In this document: positions 8,372 to 16,370 of the stretch, in pieces
Layout of the letters: each line of letters begins with the position of its first letter
Numbering within the stretch: the first letter of the stretch is position 1
Source of the DNA: Promethearchaeum syntrophicum
Lineage (GTDB): Archaea; Asgardarchaeota; Lokiarchaeia; Sigyniarchaeales; Promethearchaeaceae
Length of the DNA stretch: 32,000 bases
Assembly (NCBI RefSeq): GCF_008000775.2
Contig: NZ_CP042905.2
Coordinates: 2,400,001-2,432,000, forward strand
Direction: 5' to 3'
Notes under the pieces: generated by a model
What the model was told of the DNA's origin: nothing
The model's input: the letters and a program-made list of their open reading frames with translations, nothing else
Databases searched by the model: none
Position numbers and translations under genes: made by a program

Positions 8372-9142
8372 TTATTCTTTTTTCTCTGCAACAACTTCGG
8401 ACGGCTCTGAATCTTCAGGGCTGCCTTTTTCTTTTTTCTTCTTCAATTTCTTAGCTTTAATCGATTTACCATGTTCTCCTAAATCTAAAGAAACTTCATC
8501 AAAAACTAAATCTTCGGTAATAAAATCATCTTTAATGTTTTCTGGAACGTTAATTACTTTCACTTTACGGATTTTGCACTCTCTAAGTGGATAAATCGTT
8601 TTTGCAATTTTGGTAATGTTTGATGCAAATCTTCCACTAATGACACCTTGGATAAACTTCTCATGTGTCATGTTCTTTGCAAATTCAGTTAATACTTGAA
8701 AAATGATCTTTCTCATTGACTTCTGTTGAGATCGTTTAGCTCGTCGGCGAGTTACTAAGAAGGTACTAACACGATAAGTAACATTATCTGCAGTGGTAAA
8801 ATTGAAAATTCCGTCTACACGAGTAGCGCCTCTATGAATCAAAGACCGAATATAGTCTCTGGTTAATTCATGACCCCAGAAAATTGTATTACATCTTTTA
8901 CCAATGATTTTGGTTATCTTAAATTGAAGCATAATGCTTGCGTCATTATAACTTTTAGTGAAATCATAAAGTGAGATGGACATTATTCTTCCGACTAAAT
9001 TGTCTGGATTGCCCGATGGAATTTGTGCAATAAATTCTTCCTTAAATGTTTTTGGAGCGTATACATCATACCATTCTTTCATTTTCCATGAATCTATGGT
9101 CTTACCTCTTCCACGAGTTTTGCGTTTTGCTTTTTGTGACAT
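8372..9142 (-). CDS. rps3ae: 30S ribosomal protein S3Ae (eS1)
   Basis: 'GRGKTIDSWKMKEWYDVYAPKTF...' and the overall basic 256-aa protein match the archaeal S3Ae/eukaryotic S3a family. GGTGA Shine-Dalgarno (rc of 9148-9152) lies upstream of the ATG. The gene is 12 nt downstream of rps15. Confidence 0.9.
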   Translation of the reverse strand: MSQKAKRKTRGRGKTIDSWKMKEWYDVYAPKTFKEEFIAQIPSGNPDNLVGRIMSISLYDFTKSYNDASIMLQFKITKIIGKRCNTIFWGHELTRDYIRSLIHRGATRVDGIFNFTTADNVTYRVSTFLVTRRRAKRSQQKSMRKIIFQVLTEFAKNMTHEKFIQGVISGRFASNITKIAKTIYPLRECKIRKVKVINVPENIKDDFITEDLVFDEVSLDLGEHGKSIKAKKLKKKKEKGSPEDSEPSEVVAEKKE

Positions 9143-9154
9143 TTTGTTTCACCG

Positions 9155-9610
9155 TTATCGTAAGAAAATCTTAATTTTCTCTGGGTCATATTTGAAATCT
9201 GGTTCAAGAACGCCCTTCTTTCTATAGTATTTAACCAATCTTCTTATTTTTGCTTCTACCCTTCCTAATCCCTTCTTTGCTTCTAAATCTTTCTTATTTT
9301 CTTCCAAATGTCTTCTAACCTTAACCGCTTGGCGACTTAGGAAAGTTATATCTTCCGGGAGTTTCGGTGATAAATCATTTTCTTTTAGTATGGTAGAGAT
9401 AGTTTTGCCAGTAATAATTTTTACGAGCGGTGTACCAAACCCATCACGGAGTTGGAGCCCGATACTTGACATAGACTCACCTTTTTTGGCGAGTTCTATA
9501 ACTTTGGCCTCTACCTCTTCACTCGTATGTGGGTACCAGGGAAGGATTTCAAGTTTTGCCGGACGCTTTGATCCGGACTTACCTTTTTTTCTGCTATGCA
9601 TTCTGGCCAT
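9155..9610 (-). CDS. rps15: 30S ribosomal protein S15 (uS15; S13e-type)
   Basis: 'MARMHSRKKGKSGSKRP' is the conserved archaeal S15/S13e N-terminus, and the C-terminal 'RRLVKYYRKKGVLEPDFKYDP' matches the family. I prefer the ATG at 9610 over the track's GTG at 9619. Confidence 0.9.
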   Translation of the reverse strand: MARMHSRKKGKSGSKRPAKLEILPWYPHTSEEVEAKVIELAKKGESMSSIGLQLRDGFGTPLVKIITGKTISTILKENDLSPKLPEDITFLSRQAVKVRRHLEENKKDLEAKKGLGRVEAKIRRLVKYYRKKGVLEPDFKYDPEKIKIFLR

Positions 9611-9619
9611 TTTATTCAC

Positions 9620-9637
9620 TTTTATATTTAATTATAA
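9620..9637 (-). promoter_or_regulatory. TATA-like box for the rps15-rps3ae operon
   Basis: The minus strand reads 'ttataattaaatataaa' about 10-27 nt upstream of the ATG at 9610, implying a very short or absent leader. Confidence 0.35.
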
Positions 9638-9826
9638 TGGAATGTCTAACAAAAAGAGAAATACAGCAAAAATAATAAAATTTTCGATTTAAGCGATTTA
9701 AAGTGAAAAATTTGATATTAAATAAAGAAAAAGATGGGTAATTTCAACCTTCTTGGATGTATTATAGAAAAATCAGAAAATAAAGGTAATATTTTTAATC
9801 TCATTTTTTATTATAAGTTATAAGGT

Positions 9827-10069
9827 ATGGCTATAATATCGATTGAAAAAGAAATTCTGGAAAATCTTGTTTCGTTTAAACTGAAACGTATTCAAACAAT
9901 TATTCAAGAAATTTTAAATAGATGGAATGAAAATTCGACAACAACTTTTATTGAAAAAGCGAGAAATGGAACTTATGAAAATGCTGAGAATGATGCAATT
10001 GAATTAAGGCAACTTCTTCTTGAAGAGAAAAATCTAAATGAACTTATTAAAAAATATACTTCAGAATAA
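9827..10069 (+). CDS. Small all-helical hypothetical protein (80 aa), upstream partner of the DUF6516-like gene
   Basis: ORF with a TATA-like 'ttttattataag' about 12-25 nt upstream. It is separated by 17 nt (containing GGAG) from the next small ORF. No family recognised. Confidence 0.5.
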   Translation: MAIISIEKEILENLVSFKLKRIQTIIQEILNRWNENSTTTFIEKARNGTYENAENDAIELRQLLLEEKNLNELIKKYTSE

Positions 10070-10086
10070 TGGAGATTTTATAAAAA

Positions 10087-10443
10087 ATGGACGCTCTTCA
10101 GAAATTATATGTTGCACGGAGCGTTCTACTTTCAATTTTTTCCGATAAAATCTTGGAAATTTTCCTTTCTAAGGAACACTTTACTTTAAAGTTAGTTTTT
10201 ACTCATAATGAACGATTGTATATTAGATATAATGATTATAATGAATATTCCTATCAATTTTATTTTTCATCACAATTGGATGATTTCATTCGTTTTGATA
10301 ATTTTGACGATAGGTGGCCAATTTCTTCCCGTCCTCACCATTAACATACAAAAAGCAAAGATGTTATTGAAAGCATAATGAATGGAGATCCGAACCACGA
10401 TATTCCTTTATTGTCTCAAAAAGTTTTACAATTTCTTCACTAA
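10087..10443 (+). pseudogene. DUF6516/TumE-like small protein interrupted by an in-frame TAA (10345-10347)
   Basis: The track ORF ends '...YSYQFYFSSQLDDFIRFDNFDDRWPISSRPHH*'. The same frame continues 'HTKSKDVIESIMNGDPNHDIPLLSQKVLQFLH*' to 10441-10443. The joined 118-aa product fits my recollection of the family pattern (Y.yhw....iRwDNaPHh......PHH.H....v..s...). The family assignment is from memory and is not verified. Confidence 0.5.
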
Positions 10444-10464
10444 TTTTGATAAAAAAAATTTTAT

Positions 10465-10508
10465 AATCAGGTAAAATGGTTAAACATTCAGCAATATATT
10501 GGTGAACA
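10465..10508 (-). pseudogene. About 44-bp remnant resembling the 3' end of the HgcAB-like gene (encodes ...VHQYIAECLTILPD)
   Basis: 'aatcaggtaaaatggttaaacattcagc' (10465-10492) versus 'aatcgggtaaaattgtcaaacattgagc' (12436-12463). The peptide VHQYIAECLTILPD compares with VHRCLAQCLTILPD at the true gene end. Confidence 0.45.
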
Positions 10509-10536
10509 GAGGAGTATTTAAGCAAAAAAAAGATTG

Positions 10537-12342
10537 CTATAATTGACAATCTTCATCATCAGGGTCTAGTAATTGGTTCAAAATATTTGGGCCATCTCTG
10601 AGACCCCAAGGATCGGTAGAATATAGTAGGGGTAAAACTGGTGTGCCATCACTCCACAAACCCATACCGATCATATTTTCTCCACCACCTTGAAAGTAGG
10701 TTTTAGCATCATTCGCAACCACGGTTCCACTATTAGCATCCGCTACTAGAAAACTAGCCATGGCATCGATTCGTCGGTGATATCCGAATACCGAAAGCGT
10801 ATCAATTAAAGGATCATTTGGAAGGTAATGGGTTGCGACTAATCGGGGAAATCCGTATCGATCAGATCGAATCAAGAGGAAGGCGACCTGATCGGGATTC
10901 AGTTCGATTGAATTATCACGAGTAAAGAATCTTTCATGTTGGGCCATCCCATCGCAAGGGCTTAAAACTGTATCATCCTCATAACCTATAACATTCACCA
11001 TCGTATAATTAGGCAATATCGAGAGGTTTACATTGACAGAAGGCCATGTGGCACTAGTAGTTGGAGCTTCTAAATCAAAAATAAGCTGTTGTGAAGCCCA
11101 TCCTTCTGAAATAACTTGAGATCCGATAAAAAGAGTCATTCCTCCACCAACACTATGTCCTATAATTAAAATACGGCTAGTGTCTATCGTATAATCCGTT
11201 CCTAGCGTTTCATTAAGCTCGGACGAGGAGATAAGACTATTATTTCCTATGAGAGTATTTACTGCAGAAAACATCCCCGTCCAAGTCATATTATACTTAA
11301 TATAACTCGAAAAAGAATATGCTTCTGTATCATTTTCAACTTCAACTTTTTCTAGAATTTTAGTATAATTAAAACTCCGTGAGTATTGTACAAAAATAAC
11401 TGCCATTCCACGGGAAGCAAGAGCACGTAAGGAATAATCATATTCAACTACATCCTGTCCGCTATTTCCATGGCAATATAGTGCAATTGGGATATTTTGG
11501 GTAGAAGAAAGGGTTGCTACACTTAAGCGGGGAAGATAATAGTATATATACCATGAATTATTTTCATTGCGAGGGGTCACGAATGCAGTGATATTTTCAG
11601 GTAGATCATTTTCTACTTGAAATGTGTCTACCTCAAATGGACGATCTTGGCTACCATAACCAGAAGAAGGTTGAAGTTCAGAAGTTGGCGATAGCCCCAT
11701 TAAGGGAATCAAACTAGGAAAGATGATGATAAACCCGAGTATTACCCATACGAGATTTTTAGCCATTTTGATATAGTTTAGAGTAGGTTTATAGATGGTT
11801 AATTTAAGGGTTTCAGTTTTTTTTAATATTCTTTTAAAAAGAGGATACAGAATTATTTGAACTGTATGAAAATCGCTAAACGAAATCAAGCTTGTGCCAA
11901 TTATTATCCCGATGGAAAGAATAAAAGGTATTGAAACAAAAGCACCGTGAAAATACAGTTGGTTAATTATCAGGTAAATTATTAGTTCATAAATTAAATA
12001 TCCTATTCCAACTCCCCCCAATATTCGCAAGATATCCCAGGTGTACAATTTTTTTGCTTGTTTCTCCAGAAGATCTTTTTTGAAAATTCGATATTGATAA
12101 AAAATCAATCCAAAAATGACAATGAGGAGTAATAAAAATGTCAACCAGAATACTAACGGTGTATTAACTTGAATAACTCTTGCAAATTCCAGTGAAGAAC
12201 GCGCTTTATTAAATTCTACTCCAGTTCCCGATAGAAAACCAATCAAAAAGGGGACAAGACCTATCAGTAAGCCTAGAAGCTCGGCACTTACTAATAAAAT
12301 TTTAAGGATTTTTGAACGCTTGTATTCGATCATGTAAATCAA
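10537..12342 (-). CDS. Membrane-anchored alpha/beta-fold serine hydrolase (multi-TM N-terminal domain plus a predicted extracytoplasmic catalytic domain)
   Basis: 601 aa. About 6 hydrophobic helices lie in the first ~215 aa. The nucleophile elbow is 'IIGHSVGGG' (GxSxG), with candidate Asp in 'GYEDDTV' and His in 'VATHYLPND'. There are nine N-x-S/T sequons in the C-terminal domain (NIT, NNS, NYT, NDT, NMT, NNS, NET, NLS, NYT). Confidence 0.75.
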   Translation of the reverse strand: MIYMIEYKRSKILKILLVSAELLGLLIGLVPFLIGFLSGTGVEFNKARSSLEFARVIQVNTPLVFWLTFLLLLIVIFGLIFYQYRIFKKDLLEKQAKKLYTWDILRILGGVGIGYLIYELIIYLIINQLYFHGAFVSIPFILSIGIIIGTSLISFSDFHTVQIILYPLFKRILKKTETLKLTIYKPTLNYIKMAKNLVWVILGFIIIFPSLIPLMGLSPTSELQPSSGYGSQDRPFEVDTFQVENDLPENITAFVTPRNENNSWYIYYYLPRLSVATLSSTQNIPIALYCHGNSGQDVVEYDYSLRALASRGMAVIFVQYSRSFNYTKILEKVEVENDTEAYSFSSYIKYNMTWTGMFSAVNTLIGNNSLISSSELNETLGTDYTIDTSRILIIGHSVGGGMTLFIGSQVISEGWASQQLIFDLEAPTTSATWPSVNVNLSILPNYTMVNVIGYEDDTVLSPCDGMAQHERFFTRDNSIELNPDQVAFLLIRSDRYGFPRLVATHYLPNDPLIDTLSVFGYHRRIDAMASFLVADANSGTVVANDAKTYFQGGGENMIGMGLWSDGTPVLPLLYSTDPWGLRDGPNILNQLLDPDDEDCQL

Positions 12343-12433
12343 TTTACTCTTTGTAGAAGCTCTTAATAAATAATTTCTTTTATAATGATACAGAATTATG
12401 TTAGAATGGACTAAAAAAAGGAGTATTTCTAAT

Positions 12434-13531
12434 CTAATCGGGTAAAATTGTCAAACATTGAGCTAAACAGCGATGAACGCATGCATTACAATTGATACAT
12501 TTTATAGGATCGACCAAATCCACTTTTTTATCTGATTCATTCATTAGGTAAACATTACGGGGGCAAACATCTATACATACACCACATCCAATACAGATTT
12601 CACGGTTTATGGAAATCCTGCCATATGGATTCAGTTTGTATTCTGCAATTATGAAATTCATGGTTTTTTTCCCTTTTTTCCAATTAGCATTTCCCAATTC
12701 ACTTTTATAAATAGGGGTGAGCCCGTGGAGGTCCTCGCTTAATATAAACATAAAAAGTAGCGATAAAACTAAATTCCATATTAAAACAAATAAATCCAAC
12801 CAAATGAAGAAATAAAATAATAAAATTAAACCAATAATAAATACTTCAAATATTATCATCTTTTTACGACCAGATTTCAACTTAAGATATGGAACACTAA
12901 ACAGCGCGCCGTAATTCATGAGAGCACATAAACAAATCATATCTAAATACACAAACCAATCTAGTCTATCTATAAAAATTGCACAAATACCGTAAATAAT
13001 CGTTAATATAATAGTTAGCATAGCAAAATACATGTTTCCCATTTCTAAACGCGCTTTAATTGGAAAAATCACTTCCCTTTGGGATTTAGTTTTTTGTAAA
13101 TTGTTTTTTAAATAATCTGGAATATCTTTTGCGTAAACTGGTCCAAATTTAACATCCCAACCTGTTTTTTTTTTGATTTCTATAGGATCCAATCCACATG
13201 CACTTAACTGTGGAAGTATCAACCTTCGATGCTTTACCTTATTTCCGATATCTGATGTTTTCAAAATTGAAAGTACTGAGCTTGTTAAAAAATCATCTCC
13301 ACAAGCACCACACCAGACATTAATTCCATTGGATGGTGCAATCAAAAGCCAACAATCAGTATTTTTCAATGCTTTCATGACTCGATGCACTGTAATATTA
13401 AAATTTGATGTTAAGAAAACCGGACTATTTTCATCTGGTTGGCCAATTTTTTCTAATTTTGGTTCGACTGGAAAACCCGTCCATCTAAACAAGAACCCAC
13501 CATATAATTTTAAGGTATTTAATAAATTCAT
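12434..13531 (-). CDS. Fused HgcA-like corrinoid protein / HgcB-like 2x[4Fe-4S] ferredoxin membrane protein
   Basis: 'SPVFLTSNFNITVHRVMKAL...CWLLIAPSNGINVWCGACGDDF...HRRLILPQLSACGL...WDVKFGPVYAKDIPDYL' is collinear with the HgcA corrinoid-binding domain, including the NVWC cap-helix Cys. This is followed by about 4 TM helices and a C-terminal 'CIGCGVCIDVCP' + 'CINCNACVHRC' ferredoxin module. The ATG overlaps the upstream TGA (ATGA at 13528-13531). Confidence 0.85.
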   Translation of the reverse strand: MNLLNTLKLYGGFLFRWTGFPVEPKLEKIGQPDENSPVFLTSNFNITVHRVMKALKNTDCWLLIAPSNGINVWCGACGDDFLTSSVLSILKTSDIGNKVKHRRLILPQLSACGLDPIEIKKKTGWDVKFGPVYAKDIPDYLKNNLQKTKSQREVIFPIKARLEMGNMYFAMLTIILTIIYGICAIFIDRLDWFVYLDMICLCALMNYGALFSVPYLKLKSGRKKMIIFEVFIIGLILLFYFFIWLDLFVLIWNLVLSLLFMFILSEDLHGLTPIYKSELGNANWKKGKKTMNFIIAEYKLNPYGRISINREICIGCGVCIDVCPRNVYLMNESDKKVDLVDPIKCINCNACVHRCLAQCLTILPD

Positions 13532-14253
13532 TGTTTTTTCACTCGTATTAAACTTAAAGTCTCTAGCAAATATTTCTTTTCATCAATAATAATGAAATTA
13601 CTTTCTAGAAGGCGATGATTAATATTTTTTAAAGATTTGGTAGAAAGGTTAGTAAAGAGATACGTAAGAAATACTAAAGGCACTCTGATTGTAAAATAAA
13701 GGATTTTTTTCCACCATTTTTCCGGGATAGTTTCATCAACGATAATAAACTGGCCTTCAGCTTTTAAGACGCGATAAATTTGCTTAAAACAATAATCTTG
13801 CTCACTGCGATACATTTCGGATAATGAGAGAATGGCTATAACTTTATCAAAAGATTCATTAAGAAATTTACTATCTATTTCTACTGCAGCTAAGTGCATT
13901 GGATGCACATATTCCTGAACGTTTGCTTCATTTATATGTCGGTTAGCTACCACAAGCATTTTTTCTGATTGATCAATACCAACAACATTTACTTTTTTCA
14001 TACTTGCTGCAAGGACTGCGAAAGTTCCAGTTCCCATTCCGATATCTAAAATTTGGTCTGCAGAAGTGAGATATTTTTCAACAATCCATTTCTTAATCTT
14101 TGGTAATTTTCCTAGAGTTAGTAACTTAATACCCCTATCATATTTTTCTGCTTTTTTCTCCAGAGCTTTCATAAACACATACGACATTTTCTTTAACTCT
14201 TGACTGTGATAATTATTTTTAATGATATAAATTTTAATACGGTTTCGGAGCAA
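13528..14253 (-). CDS. Class I SAM-dependent methyltransferase (UbiE/Methyltransf_11-like) with a hydrophobic C-terminal helix
   Basis: Motif I 'ILDIGMGTGTFAV', the acidic post-I residue in 'VVGIDQSEKM', and 'LKAEGQFIIVD'. The more likely start is Met23 (ATG at 14187, MSYVFMKALEKK), which would leave an 86-bp divergent intergenic region. Confidence 0.8.
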   Translation of the reverse strand: MLRNRIKIYIIKNNYHSQELKKMSYVFMKALEKKAEKYDRGIKLLTLGKLPKIKKWIVEKYLTSADQILDIGMGTGTFAVLAASMKKVNVVGIDQSEKMLVVANRHINEANVQEYVHPMHLAAVEIDSKFLNESFDKVIAILSLSEMYRSEQDYCFKQIYRVLKAEGQFIIVDETIPEKWWKKILYFTIRVPLVFLTYLFTNLSTKSLKNINHRLLESNFIIIDEKKYLLETLSLIRVKKQ

Positions 14254-14273
14254 AAGTTCAAAGAAAAAGAAAT

Positions 14274-14885
14274 ATGAAAAAGGAAAAGAATTTTATAAGT
14301 ACCATGCTTGAAAAAAAGGCTCTTCGATTCGTAACCGGAAATCCTCATAAATATAAGGAGGTTAAAGAGGTTATTCAAAAAAATTTTCCAAATTTTGAAG
14401 TAATTCAATCAAATATTGAATTATTAGAACTCCAAGCAGATTCATTAGAAGAAGTAGCATTATTTAAAGTCAATAGCGTCAAAACTCAAGTAAAAATTCC
14501 TTATTTTATTGAGGATGCGGGATTTTTTGTGGATGATGTATGCAATGGATTTCCAGGAGTTTTTAGTTCTTATGTAATGAAAACTATTGGATATAATGGA
14601 ATATTAAAGATTTTAGGAGATGCAAAAATGCGTAAAGCTCATTTTGAAAGTGTTATTGCCTATATCGATGAAGATGAAAAAGTTTTTTTATTCAAGGGTG
14701 TTAATTATGGAAAAGTATCGATTAAAGCTCATGGGCATTCTGGATTTGGTTTTGATCCTATCTTTATCTCTGATGAAACACCTGGAAAAACATTTGCTGA
14801 GTTAAAATTGGAAGAAAAGAATGATATTTCTCATAGACGACGATCTTTAGATAAATTAATTACGTTTTTAAAAAATTATACATGA
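14274..14885 (+). CDS. Non-canonical purine NTP pyrophosphatase (RdgB/HAM1/ITPase family)
   Basis: 'FVTGNPHKYKEV', 'EDAGFFVD', 'GFPGVFSSY', 'GFGFDPIF' and 'ISHRRRSL' are family signatures. An alternative start at 14304 (MLEKKALRFVTGN) is plausible. Confidence 0.85.
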   Translation: MKKEKNFISTMLEKKALRFVTGNPHKYKEVKEVIQKNFPNFEVIQSNIELLELQADSLEEVALFKVNSVKTQVKIPYFIEDAGFFVDDVCNGFPGVFSSYVMKTIGYNGILKILGDAKMRKAHFESVIAYIDEDEKVFLFKGVNYGKVSIKAHGHSGFGFDPIFISDETPGKTFAELKLEEKNDISHRRRSLDKLITFLKNYT

Positions 14886-15254
14886 TAATTTAAAGAGAAA
14901 TAATAAAATATTAAATAAAATTTCCTAAAACATTTAATGTACTTCATTTTTTCACCAAAATTTATAAATTTTTAATTCTTTATATATTATGTAGGTAAAA
15001 ATATCTCTATTATATATTTTCGAAAAAAAATCATCCATATTGGAACTTAGCATTAATAATGATATGTTTCATTCACGGTAACGTGTATTTTATTTATACT
15101 TTTCTAACAATTTTAAATTTAGCAGAATAATGGAGGAAGAAATTGGAGATCTCTCATTTTTACTTTAAATAATATTTCTACAAATATAGCCAAAGATTCA
15201 AATTTAGAAAAATAAGGTCGTTTTTATTAAATTTAAAAAATTTAAGGTGAAATC

Positions 15255-15692
15255 ATGCAAAAAAGTTATTATCGAAATCTAAACCAAGGAAAAAAAGTTA
15301 TTAATGCGGAACATAAATTTACAATTTTACAGTACCAACAAAAAAGAGCAGAGTTGAATGGAATGATTTCAGAAATTTCAGATTTAAATATTGATCAACT
15401 TAAATCAGAAGTAAGAAAAACTATTTTTAGAGTTAATATAGAAAATATTAAAAAATCTATTAATTATCATTTTACTTCAAAAGCTCAAAGAACTTTACCA
15501 ATTTTAATGAAGAATTTTAAGAAAGCATTAAAGTTCGTTCATCATGAAATTAAATTTAAGCCATACTTCCAAACAAACACTGAGATTCAAAAAAAATTCA
15601 TTAATTATATCTCTATTATTCTACAAGAAAGTTTAAATCAAGATCTTTATCTACAAGATATTGAAATAGAACATCATAAATTAAATATTTAA
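15255..15692 (+). CDS. Hypothetical Lys-rich protein (145 aa)
   Basis: ORF with a GGTGA Shine-Dalgarno 7 nt upstream of the ATG. No family recognised. It is preceded by a 369-bp ORF-free AT-rich spacer. Confidence 0.5.
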   Translation: MQKSYYRNLNQGKKVINAEHKFTILQYQQKRAELNGMISEISDLNIDQLKSEVRKTIFRVNIENIKKSINYHFTSKAQRTLPILMKNFKKALKFVHHEIKFKPYFQTNTEIQKKFINYISIILQESLNQDLYLQDIEIEHHKLNI

Positions 15693-15781
15693 TATTTAAG
15701 TAGGGATATTTAGATTTTATTTGATTTCTTTGTTTGCTTATTTTACATAAACATTTATATTAGATAATTAGATATGTCTAA

Positions 15782-16351
15782 ATGATAATAATGAAATTTC
15801 TCCCAACAATTGATCCTTCTTTAGGAGGTATTTGGATATTTATCCTTCTATATGTAGTTATTTTAGGTTTGATTATGCTATCTGTTCCAAAGAATACCCG
15901 AATTCGATTGTATGATACATCTTCATTTAGTGGAAAACAATTGAAAATTAGCAAAGCACTGAAGATTTTTTTTTTATTTGATTTAATTTTATTAGCCCTC
16001 GTTCCAATACAGTTTGAGAGCTTTGAATTTATTGTTGGACTAGTTTTTATCATTATAGGCTTTACATTTTTCGGTGTTGCAATATACAATTTTGCTCAAA
16101 CTCCTCCCAATACTCCTGTCACTAAGGGAATATATCGCTATTCAAGAAATCCTCAAGTTTTGGGTCTAAGTTTACTCTTCATTGGAATAAATATCATAAG
16201 CAAGTCGATATTATTAATATTAATCTGTTTTTTGGGTATAATTGGTTCACATTTCCGAATATTACTTGAAGAAAAGCAATGTATTCTCCAATATGGGGAA
16301 TCGTATCAACAATATATGAAAAAAATTCCACGATATTTCTTATTCATTTAA
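15782..16351 (+). CDS. Membrane methyltransferase of the ICMT/PEMT (isoprenylcysteine carboxyl / phospholipid methyltransferase) family
   Basis: 4-5 TM helices. 'GIYRYSRNPQVLG' and 'EEKQCILQYGESYQQYMKKIPRY' match the family's C-terminal SAM-binding signature (G.Y...RhP.Y.g...EE..L...fG..Y..Y...v.r). Confidence 0.75.
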   Translation: MIIMKFLPTIDPSLGGIWIFILLYVVILGLIMLSVPKNTRIRLYDTSSFSGKQLKISKALKIFFLFDLILLALVPIQFESFEFIVGLVFIIIGFTFFGVAIYNFAQTPPNTPVTKGIYRYSRNPQVLGLSLLFIGINIISKSILLILICFLGIIGSHFRILLEEKQCILQYGESYQQYMKKIPRYFLFI

Positions 16352-16370
16352 AATGCGGAAATTTAAAAAA

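Noticed and set aside
10364-10549. 61-aa minus-strand ORF between the DUF6516-like gene and the hydrolase gene
   Set aside because: It overlaps the hydrolase 3' end and the readthrough part of the DUF6516-like frame. Its only meaningful segment (VHQYIAECLTILPD) is the remnant of the HgcAB-like C-terminus, so I treated it as a gene fragment rather than a gene.
13173-13589. 138-aa plus-strand ORF, and likewise the other short track ORFs that lie antisense inside longer genes (332-544, 4332-4610, 6030-6269, 7207-7422, 7808-8089, 8976-9227, 9390-9692, 14193-14408, 14620-14805, 15778-16089, 16378-16602, 17784-17990, 18537-18770, 18864-19097, 21970-22209, 23009-23239, 23274-23477, 23327-23527, 23730-23915, 25252-25437, 25690-25929, 27000-27203, 27269-27463, 28978-29169, 30436-30639)
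   Set aside because: They are shadow ORFs fully or largely overlapped by longer ORFs that carry clear family motifs. Their sequences are low-complexity or hydrophobic, as is typical of antisense frames in AT-rich DNA.
14886-15254. AT-rich 369-bp spacer considered as a replication origin
   Set aside because: I found no repeated ORB-like elements or inverted repeats, and there is no adjacent orc1/cdc6 gene.
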